A stretch of 45,262 nucleotides of DNA from Rhodospirillales bacterium (GCA_003252195.1 QKFK01000194.1:1-45262), one strand, 5' to 3'; shown: positions 8,424 to 16,332, numbered from the stretch's first letter. The notes: generated from the letters alone by a model not told the origin. Numbers and translations: made by a program.

Positions 8424-10190
8424 ATGTCTGATATATTCTTTTTGAGGTGTCTCGTGATTAGAATAAGACGCATATTAGACGCTTCTGCTCCTGCTAATAA
8501 AGAAGCAATAGAGCAGGTTAAAATTATTTTAAAAGAACAATTCTCTGCTTTAAAAGACAAAGAAATAAATGCTATTGCCTCTAAGCTGAATAATCCTCTT
8601 AAATATAAATTTCAAAGTAGGCTGATTATAGCAGAGAACCTAAAAGGTGAGATTAATGGTTTTGCATTGCTGTTGCATGTGCCTGATATAAACTTTTGTT
8701 ATTTAGATTATATTGCGACAAGAAATAAATATATTGGTAGAGGTTTGGGTGGGGCTTTGTACTCGGCGGTTAGGGCTGAGGCAATTAACTTAAAGTCAGA
8801 AGTATTGCTGATGGAATGTTTGCCTGATGATGAGGTCTTGTCTCCTAATAAGGAAATTAGAGAGCAAAATATTAAAAGGCTTGCTTTTTATGAGAGATAT
8901 AAGGTTTACCCGATTATCGGGACAAAATATGAAACACCAGTAAAGCCAGAAGATACTGATCCACCTTATTTGGTTGCAGATATATTAAATCATGATGTCC
9001 TTCCAAATGAAGATTTTATGAGAAAAGCTGTTGATGCAATTTTAAGGCGTAAGTATGGTTATTTATGTTCTGAGGAATATATTGTTAACGTTGTTTCTTC
9101 TATTCATGATGGTGCATATTATTTAAGGTCTGCGCAATATACCAAGCCTAAAAAAACTAGTGTTTATGCAAATGTTGATTGTGCTGATAAAATTTATGTT
9201 GTGGCTAATGAAGGACATGAAATACATCATATTAAGGAACGAGGCTATGTTGAAAGCCCAGTAAGGTTAAGGGTTATATTAAAAGAAATTCATAAGCTTC
9301 CATTTGTTCAGAAAATTAAGTCTCATAAATGGTCTAATAAATATATCCATGAGGTACATGATGTTAATTATGTTAAGTTTATTAAAAATGCTTCAATGAA
9401 AGTTCCCGATGGTAAGTCCGTTTACCCTTATGTGTTTCCGATTAGAAATCAAGAAAGAAAGCCTGATGATAGTTCTTTGCATGCGGGATATTATTGTATA
9501 GACAGCTTTACGCCGATTAATAAAAATGCTTATAAAGCAGCGCGGGCAGGGGTGGATTGTACACTTACTGCGGCATCAATGTTGTTAGAGGATAAAAAAA
9601 TAGCATATGCTTTAGTTAGGCCACCAGGGCATCATGCTGAAAAAGCTTCTTATGGTGGATTTTGCTATTATTCTAACAACGCTATTGCTGCTAATTATTT
9701 GAGTAAATATGGTAAAGTTGCAATATTAGATATCGATTATCACCACGGTAATGGGCAGCAAAATATATTTTATAATAGAAAAGATGTTTTAACTATATCT
9801 ATACACGGTCATCCTAAATTTGCTTATCCTTATTTTACAGGATTTGATAATGAAAAAGGCGAGGATATTGGTAAAGGCTATAATATCAACAACCCATTGC
9901 CAGAGATTATAACATTTGATGAATATATGCATGTTCTTGAAAAAATGTTAGATAAGATAAATAAGTTTAATCCAGCGTTCTTGGTTGTTGCTTTGGGACT
10001 AGATACAGCAAAATCAGACCCCACTGGTAGTTGGGGCTTTAATGGTGATAATTTTAATGCTTTAGGGGTATCTATTGCAAAATGCAATAAACCAACTCTG
10101 GTGGTGCAAGAAGGTGGCTATAACACTCATTCGCTTGGCTCAAATGCTAAGAAGTTTCTGTCTGGAATTTATCAAGGAATTAGGGGTTAA
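8424..10190 (+). CDS. Fusion protein: N-terminal GNAT-type acetyltransferase domain plus C-terminal HDAC/acetylpolyamine-amidohydrolase-family Zn deacetylase domain
   Basis: The N-terminal part carries a GNAT core (GFALLLHV...YLDYIATRNKYIGRGLGGALYSAV...LAFYERYKVYPI). The C-terminal part carries the full HDAC catalytic set: RPPGHHAE, FCYYSNNAIAA, DIDYHHGNGQQ, GLDTAKSDP and QEGGY. An alternative start is GTG 8454, preceded by GAGG. Confidence 0.8.
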   Translation: MSDIFFLRCLVIRIRRILDASAPANKEAIEQVKIILKEQFSALKDKEINAIASKLNNPLKYKFQSRLIIAENLKGEINGFALLLHVPDINFCYLDYIATRNKYIGRGLGGALYSAVRAEAINLKSEVLLMECLPDDEVLSPNKEIREQNIKRLAFYERYKVYPIIGTKYETPVKPEDTDPPYLVADILNHDVLPNEDFMRKAVDAILRRKYGYLCSEEYIVNVVSSIHDGAYYLRSAQYTKPKKTSVYANVDCADKIYVVANEGHEIHHIKERGYVESPVRLRVILKEIHKLPFVQKIKSHKWSNKYIHEVHDVNYVKFIKNASMKVPDGKSVYPYVFPIRNQERKPDDSSLHAGYYCIDSFTPINKNAYKAARAGVDCTLTAASMLLEDKKIAYALVRPPGHHAEKASYGGFCYYSNNAIAANYLSKYGKVAILDIDYHHGNGQQNIFYNRKDVLTISIHGHPKFAYPYFTGFDNEKGEDIGKGYNINNPLPEIITFDEYMHVLEKMLDKINKFNPAFLVVALGLDTAKSDPTGSWGFNGDNFNALGVSIAKCNKPTLVVQEGGYNTHSLGSNAKKFLSGIYQGIRG

Positions 10191-10224
10191 TATAGAAGCG
10201 TTTTTACGGCTTGTATTAGAATCT

Positions 10225-10255
10225 ATAGCATTAAAATAAAATCCAATAATGCTAT
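10225..10255. terminator. AT-rich hairpin between convergent genes (possible terminator)
   Basis: A perfect 9-bp stem pairs atagcatta (10225-10233) with taatgctat (10247-10255) around a 13-nt loop. It lies between the HDAC-fusion gene (+) and the 343-aa orphan (-). Confidence 0.3.
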
Positions 10256-10374
10256 GAGTATATTAATATTCCGCACTAAAGCTTATATGCTCTAATAGTT
10301 TTACACACAAAATAGGTGTTAGCTCATAACACATATGTTGTTTCTTGTATGAATTTTGTAGTGTTTTTAATGAA

Positions 10375-11406
10375 TTAACGAGGCTTTCTGGCTGCGTTCA
10401 TCATCACATTATCAAGTGCATTATTCTTTGCTTGATATTGTTGACGAGCTTTTTGAACTACCTTTTTATATTCAGGGCTCAAAACCATAAAGGCTGTTTT
10501 ATAAGCTACTTCTCTAGATTTGCCAGTATCAAGAGCTTTGCATAAAGTCTTAAAATAACGATTGGCTTCGGAATTGTCATTACCAGTTTCCCAAGTTCCC
10601 CACCATTCGCTATCAAGTAAACGTGATTTGCCAAAAGGAGCTGCCAAACGGCTTGTGGATCCACTTTTTAACTCATAGTCAGTTAAAGGGTGTTCTCCTT
10701 GCTTGCAACTTATAGATTTGGTTTTAATTTGCTCATCTGTAAGCTTGAGATTTTTGTTTTTATCTACAACATAAGTTCTTCCAAAATCAAATGCTGCAAA
10801 ATGGCAAGGGTGAGTGAAATGCTTCATGTCTTCATCTGTAAGCGTAATGCCATTTATGCTTGCTCCACTTTTAAATGATGAGCGCATAGAATTTAGCTCT
10901 TTTTCATCGGAGAACGAATATGCATGGCTAGCCCAATTGTATCCACCTGTATATCCACGGTCATTTGACTCTGCGTGTAGGGTTAATTGGTTGGTGTTGC
11001 CTGTTTTTTTTGCATTATCATTAAGCATTTTATGCATTAATTTTGTAAAAGCCTCTCCAACTTTTGCTTTACCTTTATAATAAGGGTTTCTGTGGAGGCT
11101 GTATAAATGTGTTTTGATGCCGCCATCATTTCTAGACATGGTAATCTGGCATTTTTGGCTTACTTCTTCATTTGTGGTTGCGTCAGAAACATTAAAGGAA
11201 AGTTCTAATGAGTTTAGCATCGTATCAACTTGTTTGATACCGAAGTTAAGTCCATAATTATTGTTGGCAAAAGGCCAGTCTTTAATAGTAGGCTGATAAC
11301 CATAAATTTCTGTGAGTTTTTTATCTAAGCTATCTTTGTCGATAGACATATTTTTAGCATTGGCGCTTAAATATTCAGATAGTAATATGTCTTTTTCTTT
11401 GCTCAC
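10375..11406 (-). CDS. Hypothetical protein (343 aa from GTG), no recognised domain
   Basis: Long ORF. The minus strand reads AAGGAGA, 6 nt, then GTG (11406-11404), so I start it there (VSKEKDILLSEY...). The track starts at an upstream TTG (11427). No signal peptide and no TM segment. Confidence 0.6.
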   Translation of the reverse strand: MSKEKDILLSEYLSANAKNMSIDKDSLDKKLTEIYGYQPTIKDWPFANNNYGLNFGIKQVDTMLNSLELSFNVSDATTNEEVSQKCQITMSRNDGGIKTHLYSLHRNPYYKGKAKVGEAFTKLMHKMLNDNAKKTGNTNQLTLHAESNDRGYTGGYNWASHAYSFSDEKELNSMRSSFKSGASINGITLTDEDMKHFTHPCHFAAFDFGRTYVVDKNKNLKLTDEQIKTKSISCKQGEHPLTDYELKSGSTSRLAAPFGKSRLLDSEWWGTWETGNDNSEANRYFKTLCKALDTGKSREVAYKTAFMVLSPEYKKVVQKARQQYQAKNNALDNVMMNAARKPR

Positions 11407-11438
11407 GATAAATCTCCTTGGATGCAATTGTTATAATT

Positions 11439-11464
11439 TTGACAAAAAAATCTATTTTTGTCAA
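11439..11464. repeat. Perfect 10-bp inverted repeat TTGACAAAAA-N6-TTTTTGTCAA in the gap between the 74-aa ORF and the 343-aa ORF
   Basis: Read directly: ttgacaaaaa (11439-11448), aatcta, tttttgtcaa (11455-11464). Each arm contains a -35-like TTGACA. No T-tract follows on the transcribed strand. Confidence 0.6.
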
Positions 11465-11474
11465 TAAAAAGGAT

Positions 11475-11699
11475 TTAGCGAGAGTTTTGTTTTGATTTTA
11501 CAATATTTTGACTGTTGTCTGAGTTGCCCTTACCGCCTGAAAATATATTTAATCCATTTTTCTTTATCTTACTAAAGAATGTCTTGAGTTCATTTGATGT
11601 AAATTCTACGTCATCTTTTTTCATGGCGTATGGGCCATCTTTATTTAAATCTTCTATTATGTTTTCTCTAATTTTTTTGCATGTTTCTTTAAAGCTCAT
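11475..11699 (-). CDS. Hypothetical small protein (74 aa)
   Basis: Its ATG directly abuts the stop of the upstream 98-aa ORF (TAA-ATG). It runs in the same direction as its neighbours and has a Lys-rich, low-complexity C-terminus. Confidence 0.45.
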   Translation of the reverse strand: MSFKETCKKIRENIIEDLNKDGPYAMKKDDVEFTSNELKTFFSKIKKNGLNIFSGGKGNSDNSQNIVKSKQNSR

Positions 11700-11996
11700 T
11701 TAAGGTAACCTTTTTAATATTTTAATAGCAGCGGGATATGTGTATGTAATATCCTCAGTTCCTTTGTTAATTTCTACAACTAATAAAGAAGAATTCTGCT
11801 TAATAATATCTGAGACATTCTTGTCTATGTTAACAAGCTTTTTGGTATTGTTGTTGCCTCTTTGTAAAAGGGCAGTTTGTTCACCATCATAAATGATAAC
11901 AGGTTGGTGCGGTGATTCGTTGTCGCTTTCACATAAAAGTATGAGCTCATTATCATCATTTGCTAAGAACTCAAAATAACTCTCTACTTTAATCAT
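11700..11996 (-). CDS. Hypothetical small protein (98 aa)
   Basis: It starts 3 nt after the stop of the 90-aa ORF, with AAGGTAG upstream. No family recognised. Confidence 0.5.
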   Translation of the reverse strand: MIKVESYFEFLANDDNELILLCESDNESPHQPVIIYDGEQTALLQRGNNNTKKLVNIDKNVSDIIKQNSSLLVVEINKGTEDITYTYPAAIKILKRLP

Positions 11997-11999
11997 TGA

Positions 12000-12272
12000 C
12001 TATCTACCTTTATATCCAGGGGGAGGGAATATAGTATTATCTTTAACAGGTTGGTATCCGTGACATACTTTGCCTTCTTTATCCATAAAAACATGTGTGC
12101 CATTAACATATATGCCATCACCTATAACAGATTTTCGTAGTGATATGATGCCTTTCTCAAGCATTGTGGCGCTACGATCTAATACGCGCTTTAGCCAGTT
12201 GTTTTTGGTTTTGTAGTTATCTTTGGCAGCTTCTTTGCCACAAGGAAGAGCTTTGAATTCTGTTTTATCCAT
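12000..12272 (-). CDS. Hypothetical small protein (90 aa)
   Basis: First gene behind the consensus promoter at 12309-12338. AGGTG lies 6 nt upstream of the ATG. No family recognised. Confidence 0.5.
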   Translation of the reverse strand: MDKTEFKALPCGKEAAKDNYKTKNNWLKRVLDRSATMLEKGIISLRKSVIGDGIYVNGTHVFMDKEGKVCHGYQPVKDNTIFPPPGYKGR

Positions 12273-12296
12273 AATTGCACCTACTGCATATGATTA

Positions 12297-12338
12297 TTGA
12301 TTAATCAAATTATAGATGGCGAATATTGCTAATGTCAA
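12297..12338 (-). promoter_or_regulatory. Near-consensus sigma70 promoter with an overlapping 12-bp palindromic operator candidate
   Basis: The minus strand reads TTGACA (12338-12333), an 18-nt spacer, then TATAAT (12314-12309). The perfect palindrome TTGATTAATCAA (12297-12308) follows immediately, covering the expected transcription start. The ATG of the 90-aa ORF is at 12272. Confidence 0.55.
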
Positions 12339-12382
12339 TTTGTTATAATTATTGGGTATTCAGATAGTGAGAATTAGGCAAC

Positions 12383-12411
12383 AAAAAAACCGCTCATATA
12401 TTATGGCGGTT
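12383..12411 (-). terminator. Rho-independent terminator immediately 3' of tRNA-Glu
   Basis: On the minus strand a stem (aaccgc/gcggtt, 12388-12393 with 12406-12411) and 10-nt loop are followed by T7 (the complement of the A-run at 12383-12389). Confidence 0.65.
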
Positions 12412-12415
12412 TATT

Positions 12416-12491
12416 TGGCGACCCCTACGGGATTTGAACCCGTGTTACCGCCGTGAAAGGGCGATGTCCTAGGCCTCTAGACGAAGGGGTC
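12416..12491 (-). tRNA. tRNA-Glu (anticodon UUC), CCA encoded
   Basis: The reverse complement reads GACCCCTTCGTCTAGAGGCCTAGGACATCGCCCTTTCACGGCGGTAACACGGGTTCAAATCCCGTAGGGGTCGCCA. It has a 7-bp acceptor stem (GACCCCT/AGGGGTC), an anticodon stem CGCC/GGCG with loop CTTTCAC, and a T-arm containing GGTTCAAATCC. Confidence 0.93.
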
Positions 12492-12510
12492 ATAAAAGCT
12501 TGTAGGCATG

Positions 12511-12539
12511 TTAATATATGGATTATTTAACCAAGTCAA
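12511..12539 (-). promoter_or_regulatory. Candidate promoter of tRNA-Glu
   Basis: The minus strand reads TTGACT (12539-12534), a 17-nt spacer, then TATTAA (12516-12511), about 20 nt upstream of the mature tRNA 5' end. Confidence 0.4.
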
Positions 12540-12556
12540 GAGTATTTTTTGATTTT

Positions 12557-13330
12557 TTATAAAATATTATAAAAATAATCTCTTGTTTCTTGTAATATCT
12601 GGGAAATATCCTCTTTTACCGTGTTAAAACAAGCTAGTTTCTCGCCAGTCTCTTCGTTCATATATAGATCTCTTCTGGTCTCAATCATAAAAGAGCAGAC
12701 ACGATTGTCTTTGCCATAAAAAGCATTGGGTATTAAAGATCCTGCAAAAGGAGTGTTTATATCAACTTCATAACCTTTGTCTTTAAATAGGGAGACAACT
12801 TTGTTTGTTAATTCTTTTGGGGTGTGATAATCATCTGAACCAATGCATATTTGAGGGCGATGCTTAGGCGTTGGGTCATATTCCTTTTCATATATTGGTC
12901 TTTTGGATAAAAAGCTGTGGCAGTCCGCTATTAGGCATTTGCCATGTTTATTTAATATGTTTGAGGCGGCTTTATCTAAAGCCTCATGATGAGGTTTGTA
13001 AAACTCATTTATTATTTTATTTCTAATAATATCAGAAGGTTTGTTGCGAAGAGGCTTCATATCATGTGTCTTAGTATATAAAACACCCATGCCAATTCTG
13101 TTCATGCTCTCAAGCTCATCATCAATAAACCGTTCCATATCTATTAATAATCTTGAAACAGGGGATATGATTCTAATAGCCTTATCGGATTGGTATAACT
13201 CATCTGTATAATAGTCAACCATGCGCAAGAATTCAGTATTCATTTCTTGTTCGGTTAGTAGAAAATCTTTCATATATTCTTGTGGTATATATGTAGAGGC
13301 ATGAGGAATGTGTAATATTATTTCTGGCAT
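12557..13330 (-). CDS. N-formylglutamate amidohydrolase (FGase, PF05013-like) family protein
   Basis: 257 aa. Family-like motifs appear in order: HIPHAS..IP, SRLLIDMER, FYKPHHEAL, LIADCHSF, PFAGS and SFMIETRRDLYM. It starts 2 nt after the stop of the upstream small GNAT gene. Confidence 0.55.
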   Translation of the reverse strand: MPEIILHIPHASTYIPQEYMKDFLLTEQEMNTEFLRMVDYYTDELYQSDKAIRIISPVSRLLIDMERFIDDELESMNRIGMGVLYTKTHDMKPLRNKPSDIIRNKIINEFYKPHHEALDKAASNILNKHGKCLIADCHSFLSKRPIYEKEYDPTPKHRPQICIGSDDYHTPKELTNKVVSLFKDKGYEVDINTPFAGSLIPNAFYGKDNRVCSFMIETRRDLYMNEETGEKLACFNTVKEDISQILQETRDYFYNIL

Positions 13331-13332
13331 TG

Positions 13333-13734
13333 TTATCTTTGAAGTGATTTTTTTATATATTCCATAAAAACAACATCAGGTTTATCTTTGTTGTGGTTAG
13401 GTTCTCTTTTGGCTTCATTAAAACCAAATCGTTCATATAACTTTTTTACGTATCCGTCAAAGCAATTAGCTTTAAGCTTAGAAAACTGCTTTGTAGCAAA
13501 TTTCATTATGCTATCACCATGCCCTTTCTCTACAGAAAAAACATTGCACATTTCTTTTGTTTCTTTATTAACGCAAAAACCATATGTAGCATTTTTAGAA
13601 AGAAAGCAGTCATAGCTGCTATAGTCTTTCTTTATGTCGATATTCTCTTTAAAGCGGTCGTTTATTTTAACGATTTTTTTTACAACTTTGGCAAACTTGT
13701 TTGGAGAAACTTTTTGTAATTTTTCTGTGCTCAT
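13333..13734 (-). CDS. Small GNAT-like acetyltransferase (133 aa)
   Basis: The segment YGFCVNKETKEMCNVFSVEKGHGDSIMKFATKQF...VKKLYERFGFNE resembles the beta4-alpha3 acetyl-CoA-binding core plus the C-terminal YxxxGF of minimal GNATs. The assignment is by eye. Confidence 0.4.
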   Translation of the reverse strand: MSTEKLQKVSPNKFAKVVKKIVKINDRFKENIDIKKDYSSYDCFLSKNATYGFCVNKETKEMCNVFSVEKGHGDSIMKFATKQFSKLKANCFDGYVKKLYERFGFNEAKREPNHNKDKPDVVFMEYIKKSLQR

Positions 13735-13813
13735 TACAATTCGACTTTGTTTTTATTGCTGATTTAAGTTAGTGTATATGAATAAAGCTTAATTTTGAAG
13801 AGAAAATCTAATT

Positions 13814-14152
13814 ATGGACAAAAATAATCGTAAAAACATTACTGATGCTCAGGTTGAAATGCTTGATTGTGTAGAAAAAGTTAAATCATCTTCGGAAATG
13901 TTTTTTACAATGCTAGATAATGTATCTGCTCAATATGGATTGAATAGAGTTATGGTTAATCCATTCCCTGTTGCAGGTGGTTGGTTAGTTAAGAGTTTTT
14001 ATTGCGTAGATAATGCTAATGATAATGAACAATTGTTATTGCATGGAGTATTTAAGGGTAATGGCGTTTGTGCTATCGCGACTAATCTGCAAGATGACAG
14101 AATAGAATGGCTAGATGATTTTGTGCTTCAAATGTTAGACGCAACTTTATAA
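13814..14152 (+). CDS. Hypothetical protein (112 aa)
   Basis: An isolated ORF divergent from the GNAT gene and convergent with parE. No motif recognised. Confidence 0.4.
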   Translation: MDKNNRKNITDAQVEMLDCVEKVKSSSEMFFTMLDNVSAQYGLNRVMVNPFPVAGGWLVKSFYCVDNANDNEQLLLHGVFKGNGVCAIATNLQDDRIEWLDDFVLQMLDATL

Positions 14153-14222
14153 CAGATGCAAATCTCAATATAGATAGACTGCTATGTATAATGTTATTAA
14201 TTAGACAGATAGAACGCTTAAA

Positions 14223-16214
14223 TTAAATATCTAAGTCATCTACAAATTTAGCGCGTTGTTGAATAAAGCGGAAACGTAGCTCTGGGTTTTTGCCCATTAA
14301 GTGTTCTACACGACGAGCTGTGTCAAAAGCTTCTTCTTTTTCATCTTCGCTAGCGCCTGTAGGAATTGTTACCTTTAATAAGGTGCGCTTTTCTTTGTTC
14401 ATTGTTGTCTCTTTAAGCTGTGCAGGTGGCATTTCACCCAAACCTTTAAAGCGAGAAACATCAATTTTTTTGCCTGCAAAATCTTTTGCTATAACTTTTT
14501 CTTTTTCTTCATCATCAATAGCGTAAATATATTTAGAGCCAGATGATATACGATAAAGAGGAGGCATTGCCAAATATAAATGACCATTTTCTATAAGTTT
14601 GCGCATTTCACGATAGAAGAAAGTCATCAATAATGATGCAATATGTGCTCCATCGACGTCAGCATCTGTCATTATGATGATTTTTTCATAGCGCAATGCT
14701 TCTTCGTCATATCTATCTCTAGTGCCACAACCAAGTGCTTCAATAATATCGCTAATTTCACTGTTAGCTTTGATTTTATCATTGCTTGCAGATGCAACAT
14801 TAAGAATCTTACCTTTAAGAGGTAGGATAGCTTGAGTTTCGCGGTCTCTTCCTTGTTTGGCAGAACCACCCGCAGAATCACCCTCTACGATAAACAATTC
14901 TGTTCCTGCGGAAGAAGAGCGAGAGCAATCTGCTAGTTTGCCTGGGAGACGTAATCTTTTTGTTGCGCTTTTACGGCTTAAATCTTTTTCAGTTTTTTTA
15001 CGGCGTCTGTTTTCTGCTCGCTCAATTATATGCTCTAAAAGAGTGTTGGCATTTTCTGTGTCAGAAGACAACCAGTGGTCAAACAAATCTTTTGTGGCGG
15101 CGTCAACTAATTTAATAGCTTTAACAGAAGCGAGTTTATCTTTAGTTTGCCCTTGGAATTGTGGGTTTTTAATAAATAAAGATAACATAACGCATGCATC
15201 ACCAAGAACGTCATCAGCGTTTACATTGCTAGCTTTTTTATTGCCAGACATATCGGCAAAATCTTTAAAACTTTTAGTAATAGCAGTTCTAAAGCCAGAT
15301 TCGTGTGTTCCACCTTGAGGGGTTGGAATTGTATTGCAATATGAATTAAAGAAGCCTTCAATTTCATCTGTTTCAGGCCATGTGATAGCCCATTCAATTT
15401 TGCCTTCGCCGTCTGCTAAATCTGCTGTGCCTGCAAAAGTTTCTTTGTTGATTATTGGTTTGTCACCAATTGTAAAATCTAAAAAGTCTTTAAGACCATT
15501 AGGGAAGCATAAAACTTTGCTCTCAGGAACGGGATTGTCTTCAGTTAACAAAGAAGGGTGGCAGGTCCATCTGATTTCCACACCTTTAAATAAGAAAGCC
15601 TTAGAACGCACCATTCTAAATAATAATCCTGGGCGGAAACGGCTTCTGCTTTCAAAAATTTCTGGGTCAGGCTTAAATGTAACAGAAGTTCCGCGGCGGT
15701 TTGAAACCTTGCCAACTTCTGTCATTGGAGTTTGCGGAATACCTCTAGAATAAGTTTGGCGCCATAAGGTTCTATCTCTGGCAACTTCAATAACTAATTC
15801 TTCAGATAAGGCGTTAACAACAGATAAACCAACACCGTGCAAACCACCAGATACTTGATATGCTCCACCACCAAATTTACCACCAGAGTGAAGAGTTGTA
15901 AGAATCACTTCTAATGCTGATTTGTCTGGATATTTAGGGTGTGGGTCAGTAGGGATACCACGTCCATTATCTTTAACTGTTAAGCTGCAATCTTCATGCA
16001 ATTCAATTTCGATAACAGTTGCATGGCCAGCAACAGCTTCGTCCATTGAGTTATCAATGATTTCTGCTGCTAAATGGTGAAGAGCACGCTCGTCTGTACC
16101 ACCGATATACATACCAGGGCGTTTGCGCACAGGTTCCAACCCTTCTAACACCTCGATATCCCGAGCTGAGTAGGTTGATGATGTGTTTTGTGTTGTTTCA
16201 AATAAATCTGACAT
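14223..16214 (-). CDS. parE: DNA topoisomerase IV subunit B
   Basis: 663 aa. It has a GHKL ATPase N-terminus (LEGLEPVRKRPGMYIGGTD...HHLAAEIIDNSMDEA), a Toprim EGDSAGGSAKQGRDR motif and PLKGKILNV. Its length is ParE-like and lacks the GyrB insertion. Confidence 0.88.
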   Translation of the reverse strand: MSDLFETTQNTSSTYSARDIEVLEGLEPVRKRPGMYIGGTDERALHHLAAEIIDNSMDEAVAGHATVIEIELHEDCSLTVKDNGRGIPTDPHPKYPDKSALEVILTTLHSGGKFGGGAYQVSGGLHGVGLSVVNALSEELVIEVARDRTLWRQTYSRGIPQTPMTEVGKVSNRRGTSVTFKPDPEIFESRSRFRPGLLFRMVRSKAFLFKGVEIRWTCHPSLLTEDNPVPESKVLCFPNGLKDFLDFTIGDKPIINKETFAGTADLADGEGKIEWAITWPETDEIEGFFNSYCNTIPTPQGGTHESGFRTAITKSFKDFADMSGNKKASNVNADDVLGDACVMLSLFIKNPQFQGQTKDKLASVKAIKLVDAATKDLFDHWLSSDTENANTLLEHIIERAENRRRKKTEKDLSRKSATKRLRLPGKLADCSRSSSAGTELFIVEGDSAGGSAKQGRDRETQAILPLKGKILNVASASNDKIKANSEISDIIEALGCGTRDRYDEEALRYEKIIIMTDADVDGAHIASLLMTFFYREMRKLIENGHLYLAMPPLYRISSGSKYIYAIDDEEKEKVIAKDFAGKKIDVSRFKGLGEMPPAQLKETTMNKEKRTLLKVTIPTGASEDEKEEAFDTARRVEHLMGKNPELRFRFIQQRAKFVDDLDI

Positions 16215-16303
16215 GTGGCGGATTATATTGAGGCTTTTTTAATACGGCAAGAGGCTAATAACTATCTTGTGCATAATTTTTGTATAAATTAATAAAAAAC
16301 GGC

Positions 16304-16332
16304 TTGCCAAAGCATGTTTTTACAGGTAATAA
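16304..16332 (+). promoter_or_regulatory. Candidate promoter of rpsB-tsf
   Basis: TTGCCA (16304-16309), a 17-nt spacer, then TAATAA (16327-16332). This leaves a leader of about 130 nt before ATG 16469. Confidence 0.35.

Noticed and set aside
10345-11080. + strand ORFs (66 aa, 62 aa and 88 aa) inside the 343-aa orphan gene
   Set aside because: They are fragmented and out of phase with each other, whereas the minus-strand frame is continuous and has a strong RBS.
11515-11703. 62-aa + strand ORF opposite the 74-aa minus-strand ORF
   Set aside because: The minus-strand ORF is start/stop-coupled to its neighbours and co-directional with the operon. The + strand ORF has no context. Both are short, so the minus-strand call has only moderate confidence.
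10191-12415. Calling the tRNA-Glu-adjacent orphan string a bona fide integrative island or prophage remnant
   Set aside because: No integrase, recombinase or transposase ORF is present. I found no duplicated copy of the tRNA-Glu 3' end (tggcgacccctacgggatttgaaccc) at the far boundary. I report it only as an accessory pocket.
14857-15753. Two long + strand ORFs (153 aa and 139 aa), plus several shorter ones, inside the parE region
   Set aside because: They lie antisense to a full-length, motif-complete ParE ORF. Their products are low-complexity Ser/Leu/Pro-rich sequences typical of shadow frames.
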